From assembly GCA_963799845.1 (NCBI GenBank), contig CAWCYI010000006.1:1632001-1696000 (forward strand): a stretch of 64,000 bases of DNA, given 5' to 3'. This document shows positions 1-9,621 of the stretch, in pieces (the stretch's first letter is position 1; the number at the start of each line of letters is the position of its first letter). Source of the DNA: an uncultured Nitrososphaerota archaeon (GTDB lineage Archaea > Thermoproteota > Nitrososphaeria > Nitrososphaerales > CADDZS01). The notes beneath the pieces were generated by a model. It made no database searches and was not told the DNA's origin. It was given only the letters and a program-made list of their open reading frames with translations. The position numbers and the translations under genes were made by a program.

Positions 1-155
1 ACATGTTGGGGTTGTTTCGCGCTCTGAATGAGCCGGTCGACAGCTTCACTACCCGAGCAAGTACAATCTTCTACCAATACAAACGGCAGAGGAAATAGCT
101 GTTGAGTGTTTGGGTTTAGGTCGCTACACTGGCGGCACATGGTTAAGTGTTTCCT

Positions 156-545
156 CTACCGCTCAAATCGGCCCTCAAGCAATCCACGTATGAAATCAAT
201 TTTCAAGCCGATGATCTTGAATGGCTTCTTCTTGAAATCAACTTCTACTGAGACAATTTCTACCATGAGCGGCTTGAGCCTGTTTTCCTTGTAGTGACGG
301 AAGACAACAGGGTTTTTTGAACCAACCGCATTCCTGAGAATCATATTGCAGATTTCTATGGTTTTCCTAGAATCATTACTGCAATACCCTCCTATGATTG
401 ATAGGTGATTTGCGACGTTCAGTATCTCCTTCTCAATTGATAGCCTCTCATCGTTGTTTTCAATTAACTCTAGGATTTTTTGGGCTGAAGTTACTAGGGC
501 ATATTTTTCCTTCGTGACGGCTTCTACGGCCTGTTCAACGGTCAT
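156..545 (-). CDS. hypothetical protein
   Basis: 129-aa ATG ORF with protein-like composition; no family recognised. Confidence 0.55.
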   Translation of the reverse strand: MTVEQAVEAVTKEKYALVTSAQKILELIENNDERLSIEKEILNVANHLSIIGGYCSNDSRKTIEICNMILRNAVGSKNPVVFRHYKENRLKPLMVEIVSVEVDFKKKPFKIIGLKIDFIRGLLEGRFER

Positions 546-794
546 TTCTTTTTGAAAATCGCTTAATCCTATTTCTGCTAATCGTAAATAACACCAGCCG
601 GAACCAGAGTATCCCCGGATAATGAAAGTTTAAACCTGCCCAGGTACTTTCGCTGGTGCAAGGCCGATAAAAATGACGATGACGTAATCATAATTCCAAG
701 AAAAATGCTCATCGCATTAGTAACTGACTAGATGAAAAATATCGGGCGGTTATCAATAGTTCCGTGCTTATTTCAATGAATTATCCTTTCTGCT

Positions 795-1499
795 TTGTTA
801 AACCCTATCTCGGTGAGGATTCCATTTCAACAGACCGAAATTGATACAAGAATCGCTTCGATTATTTCTCGATCCAGTTTGGACTCTTCACAACCTTCCG
901 ATCGTCCGCTCGAATCATTAGCGCGCACCGTCGGCAATTCCGATCCGACGGACGTTGGCAGAGGTATCATCCGGCTCAATCGGAGCGACGCACAGCTCCT
1001 AGGGGTCGAATTTGACGATCTGATTGAGATTAGGTCTCGAGATGGAAAGACGGCTTACGCGAAATGCTTCTTCATTCATCCAGACAATGAAGCTGTTCTC
1101 TCGGGCAGGGTTCAAATCGACGGTATGACTCTGGGAGCTTTGGGGAGCCGGTTGGGCGGTTTGGATCGCGAGGTCGTTACACTCACAAAAGGTCCAAAGA
1201 TCAATCTTGCCGCTTCTGTAACTGTCGAGCCGGTACTCGGTGAAGATGGAATCGCCCCAGATGTTCAGAAGATCGATCGTCACTGGCTCGCGGTGATCCT
1301 AGAGGACAGGCCTCTGTGGAAGGGTGCCCTAATTCCGGTCCCCAAGGGGGGTAAGATGATCCTCTGCCGCATCAGCTCCGTCGAGCCGTCAGTTTCAATC
1401 GGAACCATGCTCACCAAAATCTCTCTAGTCGACGAGAATAGTGTTCCGGCAAAGAAAGCTTTGGCATCCGATCTTTTTTCCTGTCGCTTAACAGAATAG
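795..1499 (+). pseudogene. CDC48/VAT N-terminal domain protein lacking AAA domains (probably truncated)
   Basis: DVGRGIIRLN...DLIEI...AKCF...QIDG resembles the CDC48 N-domain; no Walker motifs; ORF ends inside the repeat that begins at 1482. Confidence 0.65.
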
Positions 1500-1636
1500 T
1501 TCTAACAAGTCAAGCGCGGATTTAACATAATGTCGCAGAAATTGAGGCATTTTTTCGCCCAAGACAAGAAAATTTTAACATAATGTCATACGACCCGTAG
1601 TTTACGTTTTATGTCATGATCGTGCCTTTAACAGAA
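1482..1636 (+). repeat. Composite repeat copy A: TGT-initiated array of TAACA(T/G)AA boxes
   Basis: Boxes at 1489, 1523, 1576 and 1629 plus inverted ACGTTTTATGTC at 1604-1615; first 54 bp match copy B at 44/54 without gaps. Confidence 0.85.
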
Positions 1637-1841
1637 TTTCACAAGCGTAGAACGGATGTTGATTGGACAAGTAAATGTCATTGCGCAAAAGTAATTGACA
1701 ATCTTGCAAAGGGTAATTATCGCGTTAAATAACAGCACTTTCTGTCAAATGCTACGGGACAGATCATTCGGCAAATTTCACACGAACAGGCTTAGCTGCC
1801 CGAAAGTTCGCAATGGGCATTCATGTGAAGATAATCTACTA

Positions 1842-2150
1842 TTAAGTTGGACCCAACCGGTTGTCGCCCAGTTCCTTAATCAGCGAACCGAAGTACTCAT
1901 GGCCTTTGAGTAGAGAATGCAACTTTTCTCCAAGGTCGGTTTTGCAATATGTAACGCGTCCTTCTTGACCTTCTTTACCTTCTTCCTCTACCTCGATTAT
2001 CAATCCTCGCTTGATGAGATAGCTTACCATCCTGTTGAGATTTGCTTCATTGCCGGCGATTCTCAGCAGGTCCATCCTTCCAGCTTTGCCTTTTGCTCCA
2101 TCTATCTGTTCAAAGTACTGCAGGATTCGATTCGCAATAGGTGGAAGCAA
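1842..2150 (-). CDS. winged helix-turn-helix protein (archaeal type)
   Basis: NRMVSYLIKRGLIIEVE...YCKTDLGEKL pattern typical of small archaeal wHTH regulators. Confidence 0.7.
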   Translation of the reverse strand: MLPPIANRILQYFEQIDGAKGKAGRMDLLRIAGNEANLNRMVSYLIKRGLIIEVEEEGKEGQEGRVTYCKTDLGEKLHSLLKGHEYFGSLIKELGDNRLGPT

Positions 2151-2189
2151 GCACGATCAGGTCTTGTGTATGGAACCGCACAATCTGAT

Positions 2190-2552
2190 TCAATCAATAC
2201 TTCTTACAAGCTCAAACAATCTTTGGTATCTCTTTGTGATTCGCTTGTAGTCGAGCAGGAACTTCGCGGCGACTCCTGCCATAATCAACGCGATCACTAA
2301 CAACGCCACCCCAAATCCAAGCGGAGCCTTCGCGCCGAACGTTATAGCGCCCGCTGAGATAGCGAACAGGGCTGCCATAATGGAAGTAAAGATTCCAGTA
2401 CCTCTTAGCTCCCTAGAGGTATATTGCAAGTCATGAACGATAATTTTTGCATCTCGTTGTAGAATCTCGTAAATTGCTGAGAGTTCAATTTCAATCCACT
2501 TATCTTCAGCTTTCTTTATGTTATCCGACAATTCTTTAACCTGAGAGTACAT
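2190..2552 (-). CDS. small two-TM membrane protein
   Basis: Two hydrophobic helices flanked by charged helices. Confidence 0.65.
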   Translation of the reverse strand: MYSQVKELSDNIKKAEDKWIEIELSAIYEILQRDAKIIVHDLQYTSRELRGTGIFTSIMAALFAISAGAITFGAKAPLGFGVALLVIALIMAGVAAKFLLDYKRITKRYQRLFELVRSID

Positions 2553-2568
2553 CGGAAATCGGTGAAAT

Positions 2569-2620
2569 ATATCGGTTCGTCTGGACTTTCGCCCCTTCGA
2601 GAGTCCAGACGAACGAATAT
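2569..2620. repeat. 23-bp imperfect inverted repeat (hairpin) in a divergent intergenic region
   Basis: ATATCGGTTCGTCTGGACTTTCG-cccctt-CGAGAGTCCAGACGAACGAATAT; 20/23 complementary. Confidence 0.8.
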
Positions 2621-2657
2621 CATTAGGATCCCATAGCTGATAGAAGAAGATTCTCTA

Positions 2658-2957
2658 GTGATGCAAATAGAAGCCTTAGCCAAGTACTATCCAGAAGCGA
2701 ACGTCGGCAGCCCTGCGATTGATAACGTTTCGTTTGACGTCAACGATGGAGAAATCGTCGGATTCGTTGGTCTAAACGGAGCAGGCAAGACTACTACGAT
2801 TCGGATAGCATGCGGAGTGTCTCTGCCAAGTTATGGCTCAGTTGAGATAGACCGTCACGACATTGTACGACAAAAGCCTGAAGCCTCGAGGCGCCTCGGA
2901 TGGGTTCGGGAATTCCCCAACTTCGAGCAGGACGCGCGCGCGTGTCGCCTAACATAA
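2658..2957 (+). pseudogene. ABC transporter ATP-binding protein, N-terminal fragment
   Basis: Walker A GLNGAGKTT present; no signature motif or Walker B; cut at the repeat starting at 2943. Confidence 0.85.
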
Positions 2958-3100
2958 TAGCTGATAAAATTCAAGCGTGGATTTAACATAATATCGATGG
3001 TGATACGACGATCGTATGTCACTATAACGTGAGACTTTAACATAAAATCGTCTAGAAGCGTGTCGAACGTTTTATGTCGTAAAAGATGTTTTTAACATAA
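2943..3100 (+). repeat. Composite repeat copy B: TGT-initiated array of TAACATAA boxes
   Basis: Boxes at 2950, 2984, 3038 and 3093 plus inverted ACGTTTTATGTC at 3067-3078; same order and near-identical spacing as copy A. Confidence 0.85.
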
Positions 3101-3975
3101 AATGTGAAAAATCATTAAGCATTCTTTAAAAGGAATCACTATGTCGAGGGGTTTCGAGATAATGGTACCGAGATATTGAACCGCAATTTGTGCAAACTAC
3201 TTTTACGAATTCTTGAGACCGTCGAGTCGCTGGCCTTGAACATCCGGCAAATCTTTTCCCATAAATGGAACAAAGCTTGTTCTTGCACGGCAATGTTCTA
3301 ATGTCACTATCAGATTTTGAAACTGCAAAATTACATAAAGGACAAGACTAGAATACCACACTTTACATAGCATTTTCCAACGAAGAATCTCGGTTTCTAG
3401 GGTGATTAAGAATTAATCGACTGATCAAGAGTATTGAAAAAACCGCATTTAAGGCAGTTACTAACGATAGCAATAGGAAGTTGTTATCAACCGAGTAATT
3501 CTCCGATACCACGCCACCAAGAAAGGAACCTACTACATACGGTGCCGTCAGCAGAAATAGAATAATCTGATTTACTATCGCTATTTCTTTTCGAGTGTGA
3601 TCCTCATATATTACCTGATAAAGAACTGTCTGACCCATAGCACGGAAAAAATAAACGATGAAAGACACAATAAAAATCCAAAAAAAGTTTGGAGCGTACA
3701 AGTAAGCTGCAATCGACAATGGAATTGTGATGAAAGAAGTCGCAACTATGATTCTATTGTGAGAATGAACCCGATCTAAAGTTGACGATCCGACCGCGCT
3801 TGCAAGATACAGTGATGAGAGGAAAATACTAAAGGTGAATGAGCCAACTTTGAATCCACCTACGATCAGTTGTGTCAGTATTACAATTACGGTTCCATTC
3901 AAGAGACTATCCACAATGAATGGGAGGGACAAAACTAGGGCCCTGCCACGCCTAAAACTTTTCCAACCATCATTT

Positions 3976-4724
3976 TCTGCCGTTAACTTAAGCGTGATTT
4001 GAACCGAACGGCCTATGGCCGAGAGCTCGCTCTCCTACCATTTGATTTTGAATGATGGAAAGAGAACGAACTCCGCTGGAGATAGTATACTACGCCATCT
4101 ATCTAGTTTTCGAGGGACTGTCCTTCAGGGCATGCTCTCGAGCAATCGAACCATTCACTAAGAGAAGCCACGTTGCTGTCTGGCAGTGGTGCCAGGAGAT
4201 GGGCTCGTACGAGAAGATGCACAGATTATTCAGGCTTGGAAGAGAGCGAGTTAAAATATTCGCAATCGACGAGACCGGAGTGAACGTTGCCGGTGCTGAA
4301 GCATACTTTTTCGTCGCATACGAGCCATTCGCAAACAGAATCCTTGGATTATATTTCGCGTGGAACCCAAATTCCATATCAGTAGAAATGTTTCTTCGGG
4401 ATCTAGTGAGCAAGTACGGCCACCATCCTGTCTGGACGGATGGAGGTGACTGGTACCCTCCAGCTTGTGTGTCGACGAATCTCAAACACCATGTCTACAT
4501 GCACGGTTCTTGGCTCTGGAAGGTCATGGAGAGGCAGATGGAGAAGCTGAAGGATAGAACTGAAGGATTCGATGACCTGTTCCCTTGCAGGAGCCATGGT
4601 ACAAGATGCAGATTGCAGCACGTCTTCAATTGGATAAACCTTTTCTGGCTGCACAATCAGCCCGGATACAAGAAATCATTCATAACGGAAATCAAAAAGG
4701 TGATGATGCTAAGTTAACGGCAGA
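3976..4724 (+). mobile_element. IS6-family insertion sequence (749 bp)
   Basis: Perfect 15-bp TIRs TCTGCCGTTAACTTA (3976-3990, 4710-4724); 8-bp TSD CATCATTT (3968-3975, 4725-4732). Confidence 0.92.
4052..4717 (+). CDS. IS6-family DDE transposase
   Basis: SHVAVWQW, AIDETG, WTDGGDWY and MERQMEKLKDRT motifs of archaeal IS6 transposases. Confidence 0.88.
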   Translation: MMERERTPLEIVYYAIYLVFEGLSFRACSRAIEPFTKRSHVAVWQWCQEMGSYEKMHRLFRLGRERVKIFAIDETGVNVAGAEAYFFVAYEPFANRILGLYFAWNPNSISVEMFLRDLVSKYGHHPVWTDGGDWYPPACVSTNLKHHVYMHGSWLWKVMERQMEKLKDRTEGFDDLFPCRSHGTRCRLQHVFNWINLFWLHNQPGYKKSFITEIKKVMMLS

Positions 4725-5412
4725 CATCATTTATCATTCCAACTATACTATCCGATTCAACACCGGGTACCCTGACTAACCGAAGAGACAGAGAGGTAAT
4801 CAACGAAACTAAAAGAACTAAACAAATCATCAAATAGGAATAACCCCCGAGATACGCATACGCAAAACCGCCACTTAGACTGCCGATGAATCGAGCAGTC
4901 CAGCTACATGATCTCTGAATATTGACCGCGTGATCTAAATCTGTTCCAGCAATCTCTTTGAGAATTGGAGGCATAGCGCCCTTCCCAATTTCATCTATTA
5001 TGCCGCTTATGAGAAAGACCAAACCAAAAAATGGAAGAGAATGCCACGTTAAAGCCAAAACATAAATCGGAGCAAGAAGCAGCTCGATGATTTGGGCGGA
5101 AAAGACTATCTTAATGGCAGATCTCCTGAACACCAATGGCACGACTGTACTCGCGAACAGAACAGTAGCCCATCCAAAGGCGTAAATTATTCCAATCCAG
5201 AGATCTGCTGTAGCGGGATTCGTGTCGTAAACTGAAAATGTTGCAACAACCCATAACATCCCCCAAACGAAATCAGGGGCTGAAGCAACAATCAGAAATT
5301 GTCGAAAATTTTTTCGATTTCGATGAGTTTGAATGGTTTCCGACCACCGATCCAATACAAAACCAGATTCGGATACTTGACACAGTTGCTTTCGAAAATT
5401 TCTGCTTCAAAA

Positions 5413-6138
5413 TTATGGATTGAAATTTGAAACATCAGCTCGAGTTATGATCCCTAACGGAGTTCCGTCCTTCGTTACGATAAAGCAACTTTCATTTTTT
5501 AGGCGTTCCATGAGAATCGAAAGCTGCAATGTGCAGTCGATTAATGGGTATGGCCTTTCCGCGTAGGAAGGCAGCGAACGCGCATTTAGGAACGACATAA
5601 TAGGCATGCCATGCAATAGCGGATCGTCTTCTAGAAGGGTTACTAAAGTCTCTCTCTCAACTTTTCCTACTATTTCATTTCCTCTCTTTATAGGCAGATG
5701 ACCAATGTTTTCTGCAAGCGCCTTTTTCAAAGCACCACCTACTGATTCGAAAGAATCTATAGTTACCAGTTTGAATGGTTCCTTCTTTTGCATAAGGATG
5801 TCCATTACTGTTTTTGCCTTCGGAAAGGATTCTATAGTAGCAGAATACCTCCAGTTCGAGAATTTTCTAAGATATCTATTCGCTCCATCTGGAATAACAA
5901 TGACCATCACCCCTTTACATTTGCTTTGATTAGCGTATTTGTTTGCGCCCGCCACAGCGGCTCCAGAAGACCAGCCGACAAGGATACCGATTTCTCTAGA
6001 TAGCCGTTTAGCCATCAACAAAGCCTCCCTTTCGTTTACTGTGATTACTTCATCAACATAATTTAACCAAGTTGTTGGATAAACGGTGTCATATTGTCCG
6101 ATTGCCTGGGTCATCCATCTATTCCTGTCTTCAGCCAT
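5413..6138 (-). pseudogene. cystathionine beta-synthase/cysteine synthase C-terminal fragment with CBS domains
   Basis: VDEVITVNEREALLMAKRLSREIGILVGWSSGAAVAGA and VIVIPDGANRYL, followed by a CBS pair; the N-terminal PLP-lysine part is missing. Confidence 0.75.
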
Positions 6139-6339
6139 TCGGAAGCTGTAATCCTTTTCGCGACATCGATCGACTTAATACTATTCTATGTGTGGAGCGT
6201 TCTTGGAACCAGAACGATTCGAGCAAATAAACTTCCTTTCCTTACCTCGCTCATCGATATTCCAATAGCGTGGAAACGGGGAAGGATCTGAGAAAGCGAT
6301 CCTAGATCGGTTGTACCGGAATGTCAGGTGAGGTGGCAA

Positions 6340-6468
6340 ATGCAGGCAGATGGAGGATTTCAAAGGGTGTTGGACAAGAACCTGAAAAGGGACAAGAAGC
6401 TACTCGATATACTGGAACAATACGACCGGAAAAAAGCCAGTAATCAAGAAGTAGTGCCAAAACCATAA
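6340..6468 (+). CDS. possible 42-aa small protein
   Basis: MQADGGFQRVLDKNLKRDKKLLDILEQYDRKK... preceded by a GAGGTG Shine-Dalgarno-like motif; overlaps the 3' end of the next gene. Confidence 0.35.
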   Translation: MQADGGFQRVLDKNLKRDKKLLDILEQYDRKKASNQEVVPKP

Positions 6469-7259
6469 GTGGAAAAAATCGAGACGCCTACCTCGACATT
6501 GAAACTGTAATCTTGTCCTCTGATAATCGCTTGGGGTGTGGTGCTTGCAGGGTAGAACACGAAATGCGTTATCCTTCCGGGGAGCAGCTCGTTAGCGCTT
6601 TCGCTCAAATGAGAACTGAAGATAACCTGGTTATCCGCCGAGGTCGGCTGAGCGTTACTGTCCCACCTCGTGATGTTTGACAAGTTACCGCCCGAGAGTA
6701 CGAGGGAGAAAATGAAAAGTGGGGTGGCAGCACACGGATTGTTTATGTCGAAGGAAAGGGCCGCGGTTGCATTGGACGAGTTCGTTGCAGAAACACCGAA
6801 TGTGATATTGCCCGGATATTGGATAATGTATGTGGTGAGAGGATTAATACTGCAAACGACATTGCAGGGGAAATAGTAGCCCATTATTGATTCCTCCACA
6901 GACTTGTCTTCGGGACAGCCCGGGTTCGAGGAAGGGATGAAGGGAATATTCATGATGACAGTAAACATCACCAAAAACGTGATCACGGCGAAAACAGAGA
7001 TCCTGAGATTTCTGTTGGTCTTCTTTCGCCTGATGTAGGCTGCTGTTGGGTCCTCATATTGATTCGGTGACGAAGAAGTGCCACTCTTTATCGTGTAGGA
7101 ATAATACACCAGCCAAGCTCCTAAGGTAAGGGAAAGCAAACCCCAGGGGAAGAAAGAGTAGTCCGTATAACCGGTCCCGAAATTCGCCTCCCAGGAGAAC
7201 GAGAGAATTACGCCTGAAGCGATGAAGAAAAGCGCAAGGCCGAGAAAGGGGCGATTCAA
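6444..7259 (-). CDS. membrane-anchored hypothetical protein with beta-rich extracellular domain
   Basis: Three hydrophobic segments, then an S/T/N-rich domain with several Cys. Confidence 0.7.
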   Translation of the reverse strand: MNRPFLGLALFFIASGVILSFSWEANFGTGYTDYSFFPWGLLSLTLGAWLVYYSYTIKSGTSSSPNQYEDPTAAYIRRKKTNRNLRISVFAVITFLVMFTVIMNIPFIPSSNPGCPEDKSVEESIMGYYFPCNVVCSINPLTTYIIQYPGNITFGVSATNSSNATAALSFDINNPCAATPLFIFSLVLSGGNLSNITRWDSNAQPTSADNQVIFSSHLSESANELLPGRITHFVFYPASTTPQAIIRGQDYSFNVEVGVSIFSTYGFGTTS

Positions 7260-7725
7260 GACACAATTTGAGACGGAGCTCCCCCATTTACAGGTTATTC
7301 AGGCCGAGTCAATAAGCTCCTATTCACGTATCGTCGACATGGATTTTCACTATTGTTCGGGTTCTGCAAGACTTCGATACACTTTTTCAAAAAAGTATTG
7401 AAACCTAAATTCAGGCTCCCTCTTCATACATCTCCGGTAAATGATCGTAGTTATCCGGGATAGATAGTTTGCAGGCTGGGCATAACTCCTTCTTTTCCTA
7501 GAATCATTTAGACGCAACGAATCCGAGCGTCGAACGAGACTTGTCGGAGGCATCCTATAAGGTTCCAGTCTTCAGAAGGCCGATCGTCATTTGTTGTGGG
7601 CTTGTGGGTAAGGCTGCGCTCTAACTTCAGAAGATTCTCTAATTCAAAGACATCTGGCCCGACTTGTCGTCTCTGCATTACAATAATCCCAGGCTCCTCT
7701 GCTATTCGACTGTATCAGTGACACC

Positions 7726-8292
7726 TCAAGTAGAAGAACAGTATCCAAACGTTTGTGAAATTCCAATGATAGTTTTTCCACTGGGAACAAAAAGTGTCAC
7801 GCAAGTGAACCTTTCGGGCTCTATGACCGTCTGGATAAGAAAAGTTTGTCCAGAATAGCTCGCGGTTACATTGTAATCTCCAGTATCGCAGCAAAACATG
7901 ACGGTGCCATTTGCGCCCGTCGTAAATGTCTGGGCGACTAGCCTTAAAGTGCAGGGAGTAGAGAAGCCATTGGACGTCAGTGTCGTTGCCTCAGCCTGAA
8001 CATTCCTGACTGGCCTAAGCGTCGCGCTATTCAGGACTGTAAGCTGGATTGTGCCCTCGGCCATCTCCACGCAAACCGTGGCGTTAGGGGAAACTGTTGA
8101 GGAATTTGCTCCAGTAATCTCAACAAACTTCGAACGTGTATTACTGGCGGTGACAGTGAATTCGGTTGCAAAAGAAGTAAAAGTTTCTGAAGAACTCGAG
8201 GGCGAATAATAAAATTCTGAAAGAATTGCAGTGACACTGATGGCTAGGGCAATGATTGCCATAACCAGTCCGATAAGAGCGGTCTTTTTCAT
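7726..8292 (-). CDS. secreted/membrane-anchored hypothetical protein (Ig-like/carboxypeptidase-regulatory-like fold)
   Basis: N-terminal signal/TM; TTGANGTV...GDYNVTASY pattern. Confidence 0.7.
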   Translation of the reverse strand: MKKTALIGLVMAIIALAISVTAILSEFYYSPSSSSETFTSFATEFTVTASNTRSKFVEITGANSSTVSPNATVCVEMAEGTIQLTVLNSATLRPVRNVQAEATTLTSNGFSTPCTLRLVAQTFTTGANGTVMFCCDTGDYNVTASYSGQTFLIQTVIEPERFTCVTLFVPSGKTIIGISQTFGYCSST

Positions 8293-8711
8293 GAAATCAC
8301 TTCCTCTTGCAAGTTAACCATGCCGAAGGGCAGGGTTGTGTTAGCAAAATTGCCATAGAGGTAAAGACTGAGTTGAGATGATGAATTATCCACTTTCTGT
8401 ACAGTGACGCTGAACATTATCCCTGAGCTTAGATTATCAATCAAGGTGCAGAAAATTTGTTTGTTACCTGTCCCGCTGATTGTACGGTTTTCGATTTGGT
8501 TAACTCCGGACCAGCCGGCAAACGAACCATTCCAGTGTCCGGTATAGTAGATTTGAAACTGAAATCGTATGGGATAGTTCGGATTACCGTAAGGTAGGTA
8601 GCTGCTGATTAGATCGAGGGATACGAGAATCGATCCTACCATCAAAGCCAGCAAGAGTACCAATCGAAGCTTTGTGATCCCTCTCATTTCGTCAAAAGAG
8701 TATACATTCAT
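8289..8711 (-). CDS. secreted/membrane-anchored hypothetical protein
   Basis: N-terminal TM; stop overlaps the start of the next gene (ATGA). Confidence 0.65.
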   Translation of the reverse strand: MNVYSFDEMRGITKLRLVLLLALMVGSILVSLDLISSYLPYGNPNYPIRFQFQIYYTGHWNGSFAGWSGVNQIENRTISGTGNKQIFCTLIDNLSSGIMFSVTVQKVDNSSSQLSLYLYGNFANTTLPFGMVNLQEEVIS

Positions 8712-8747
8712 TAGTATCGCTGATTTTTTGATCCCATAGACATTCCC

Positions 8748-9092
8748 TTGGCGAACCGCCCGCTAGCAGACGTGGTTTTCAAATGTCTGTTGAGAGACGC
8801 TGTGATCGTCTTAGCCTTTTCGGCACTTTCCGCTCTCCCGTTCTTCATGCAGGCGGTTACTCCGTTTCCGCCGGGGACTGATTCTACGACCGATCCTTAC
8901 GTTACCGGATTTCCAATAATGTTCTACTGCTACTGTGCTGTTTTCGGGCCGGGGTGGGAGTCAGTAACGTCTTTTTTCTTTCAGGCTTCCTACATTGTTG
9001 ATTTCCTCTTTTGGCTGGCCGTCGTCTTTTTTCTGGATTTCATGTATTCAATTCTACGAAGAGGACATCACAGTCAAAAATTCGATTCGTGA
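8748..9092 (+). CDS. small membrane protein
   Basis: Two TM segments around a TGFP loop. Confidence 0.6.
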   Translation: MANRPLADVVFKCLLRDAVIVLAFSALSALPFFMQAVTPFPPGTDSTTDPYVTGFPIMFYCYCAVFGPGWESVTSFFFQASYIVDFLFWLAVVFFLDFMYSILRRGHHSQKFDS

Positions 9093-9249
9093 GCAGAGCT
9101 CCCCCGGAAAAGCGGGATATGAAAAAGCGTTAGAATGGAAGGTGCTTTGTATCGTGCCGAATTGATTACGGAATAACCAGAGAGTAGCTTGGCAATAATA
9201 CGGCGCGAGTCAATGCCAGCTCGCCAAAAGCTGATAATCCGACCTCAAA

Positions 9250-9621
9250 TTAGTTTTGAGTCGGCGGGAGCTGCTCGCCGAGGATTTTTTGAATCTTCGG
9301 CACCAAGATAGATTTGCGGATTGAGGCGTCGTCGTCATACTCATCAAGAATTTTCATCAGCCCTGTTCTCAGCTGGTCCAACTCGGCCTGGATTTCAAAA
9401 GCAGGCCGCTTTACAGAATCATTCTTCTCAACTCTTGACAACTCAGCTCGAATCAAAGAATTTTCAGTTAGCCCAAGAAACTCTATTTCGTTCTTGTAGA
9501 GAGGAAGGTAGTACGATACGCTCGCTTTAGAGGGGTCATTTTTTGAAGCCCTCTTTGACTGGTAAATTTTGCGACCATCCACGTTCAATTTCACGGTGTC
9601 ATCTGTGAAAATGCATGGCAT
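9250..9621 (-). CDS. hypothetical protein, possible AbrB-like DNA-binding domain
   Basis: SYYLPLYKNEIEFLGLTENSLIRAEL loosely fits a swapped-hairpin pattern. Confidence 0.5.
   Translation of the reverse strand: MPCIFTDDTVKLNVDGRKIYQSKRASKNDPSKASVSYYLPLYKNEIEFLGLTENSLIRAELSRVEKNDSVKRPAFEIQAELDQLRTGLMKILDEYDDDASIRKSILVPKIQKILGEQLPPTQN

Larger units (their letters stand above)
3363..5355 (-). pseudogene. MFS transporter interrupted by IS6
   Basis: Removing the IS and one TSD copy rejoins ...GMINDGWKSFRRGRALVLSLPFIVDS... in frame, giving a ~410-aa multi-TM protein. Confidence 0.85.

Noticed and set aside
1520-3008. Complete dif/pdif sites
   Set aside because: ATTTAACATAA matches a XerD arm, but no inverted partner arm follows at 6-bp spacing in either copy
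1486-3100. Integron attC sites (GCTTAAC/GCCTAAC fit RYYYAAC)
   Set aside because: No complementary GTTRRRY end or palindromic fold; upstream genes are truncated rather than complete cassettes; no integrase in the window
1482-3100. CRISPR array
   Set aside because: Repeats are only about 10 bp, unevenly spaced, one is inverted, and there are no cas genes
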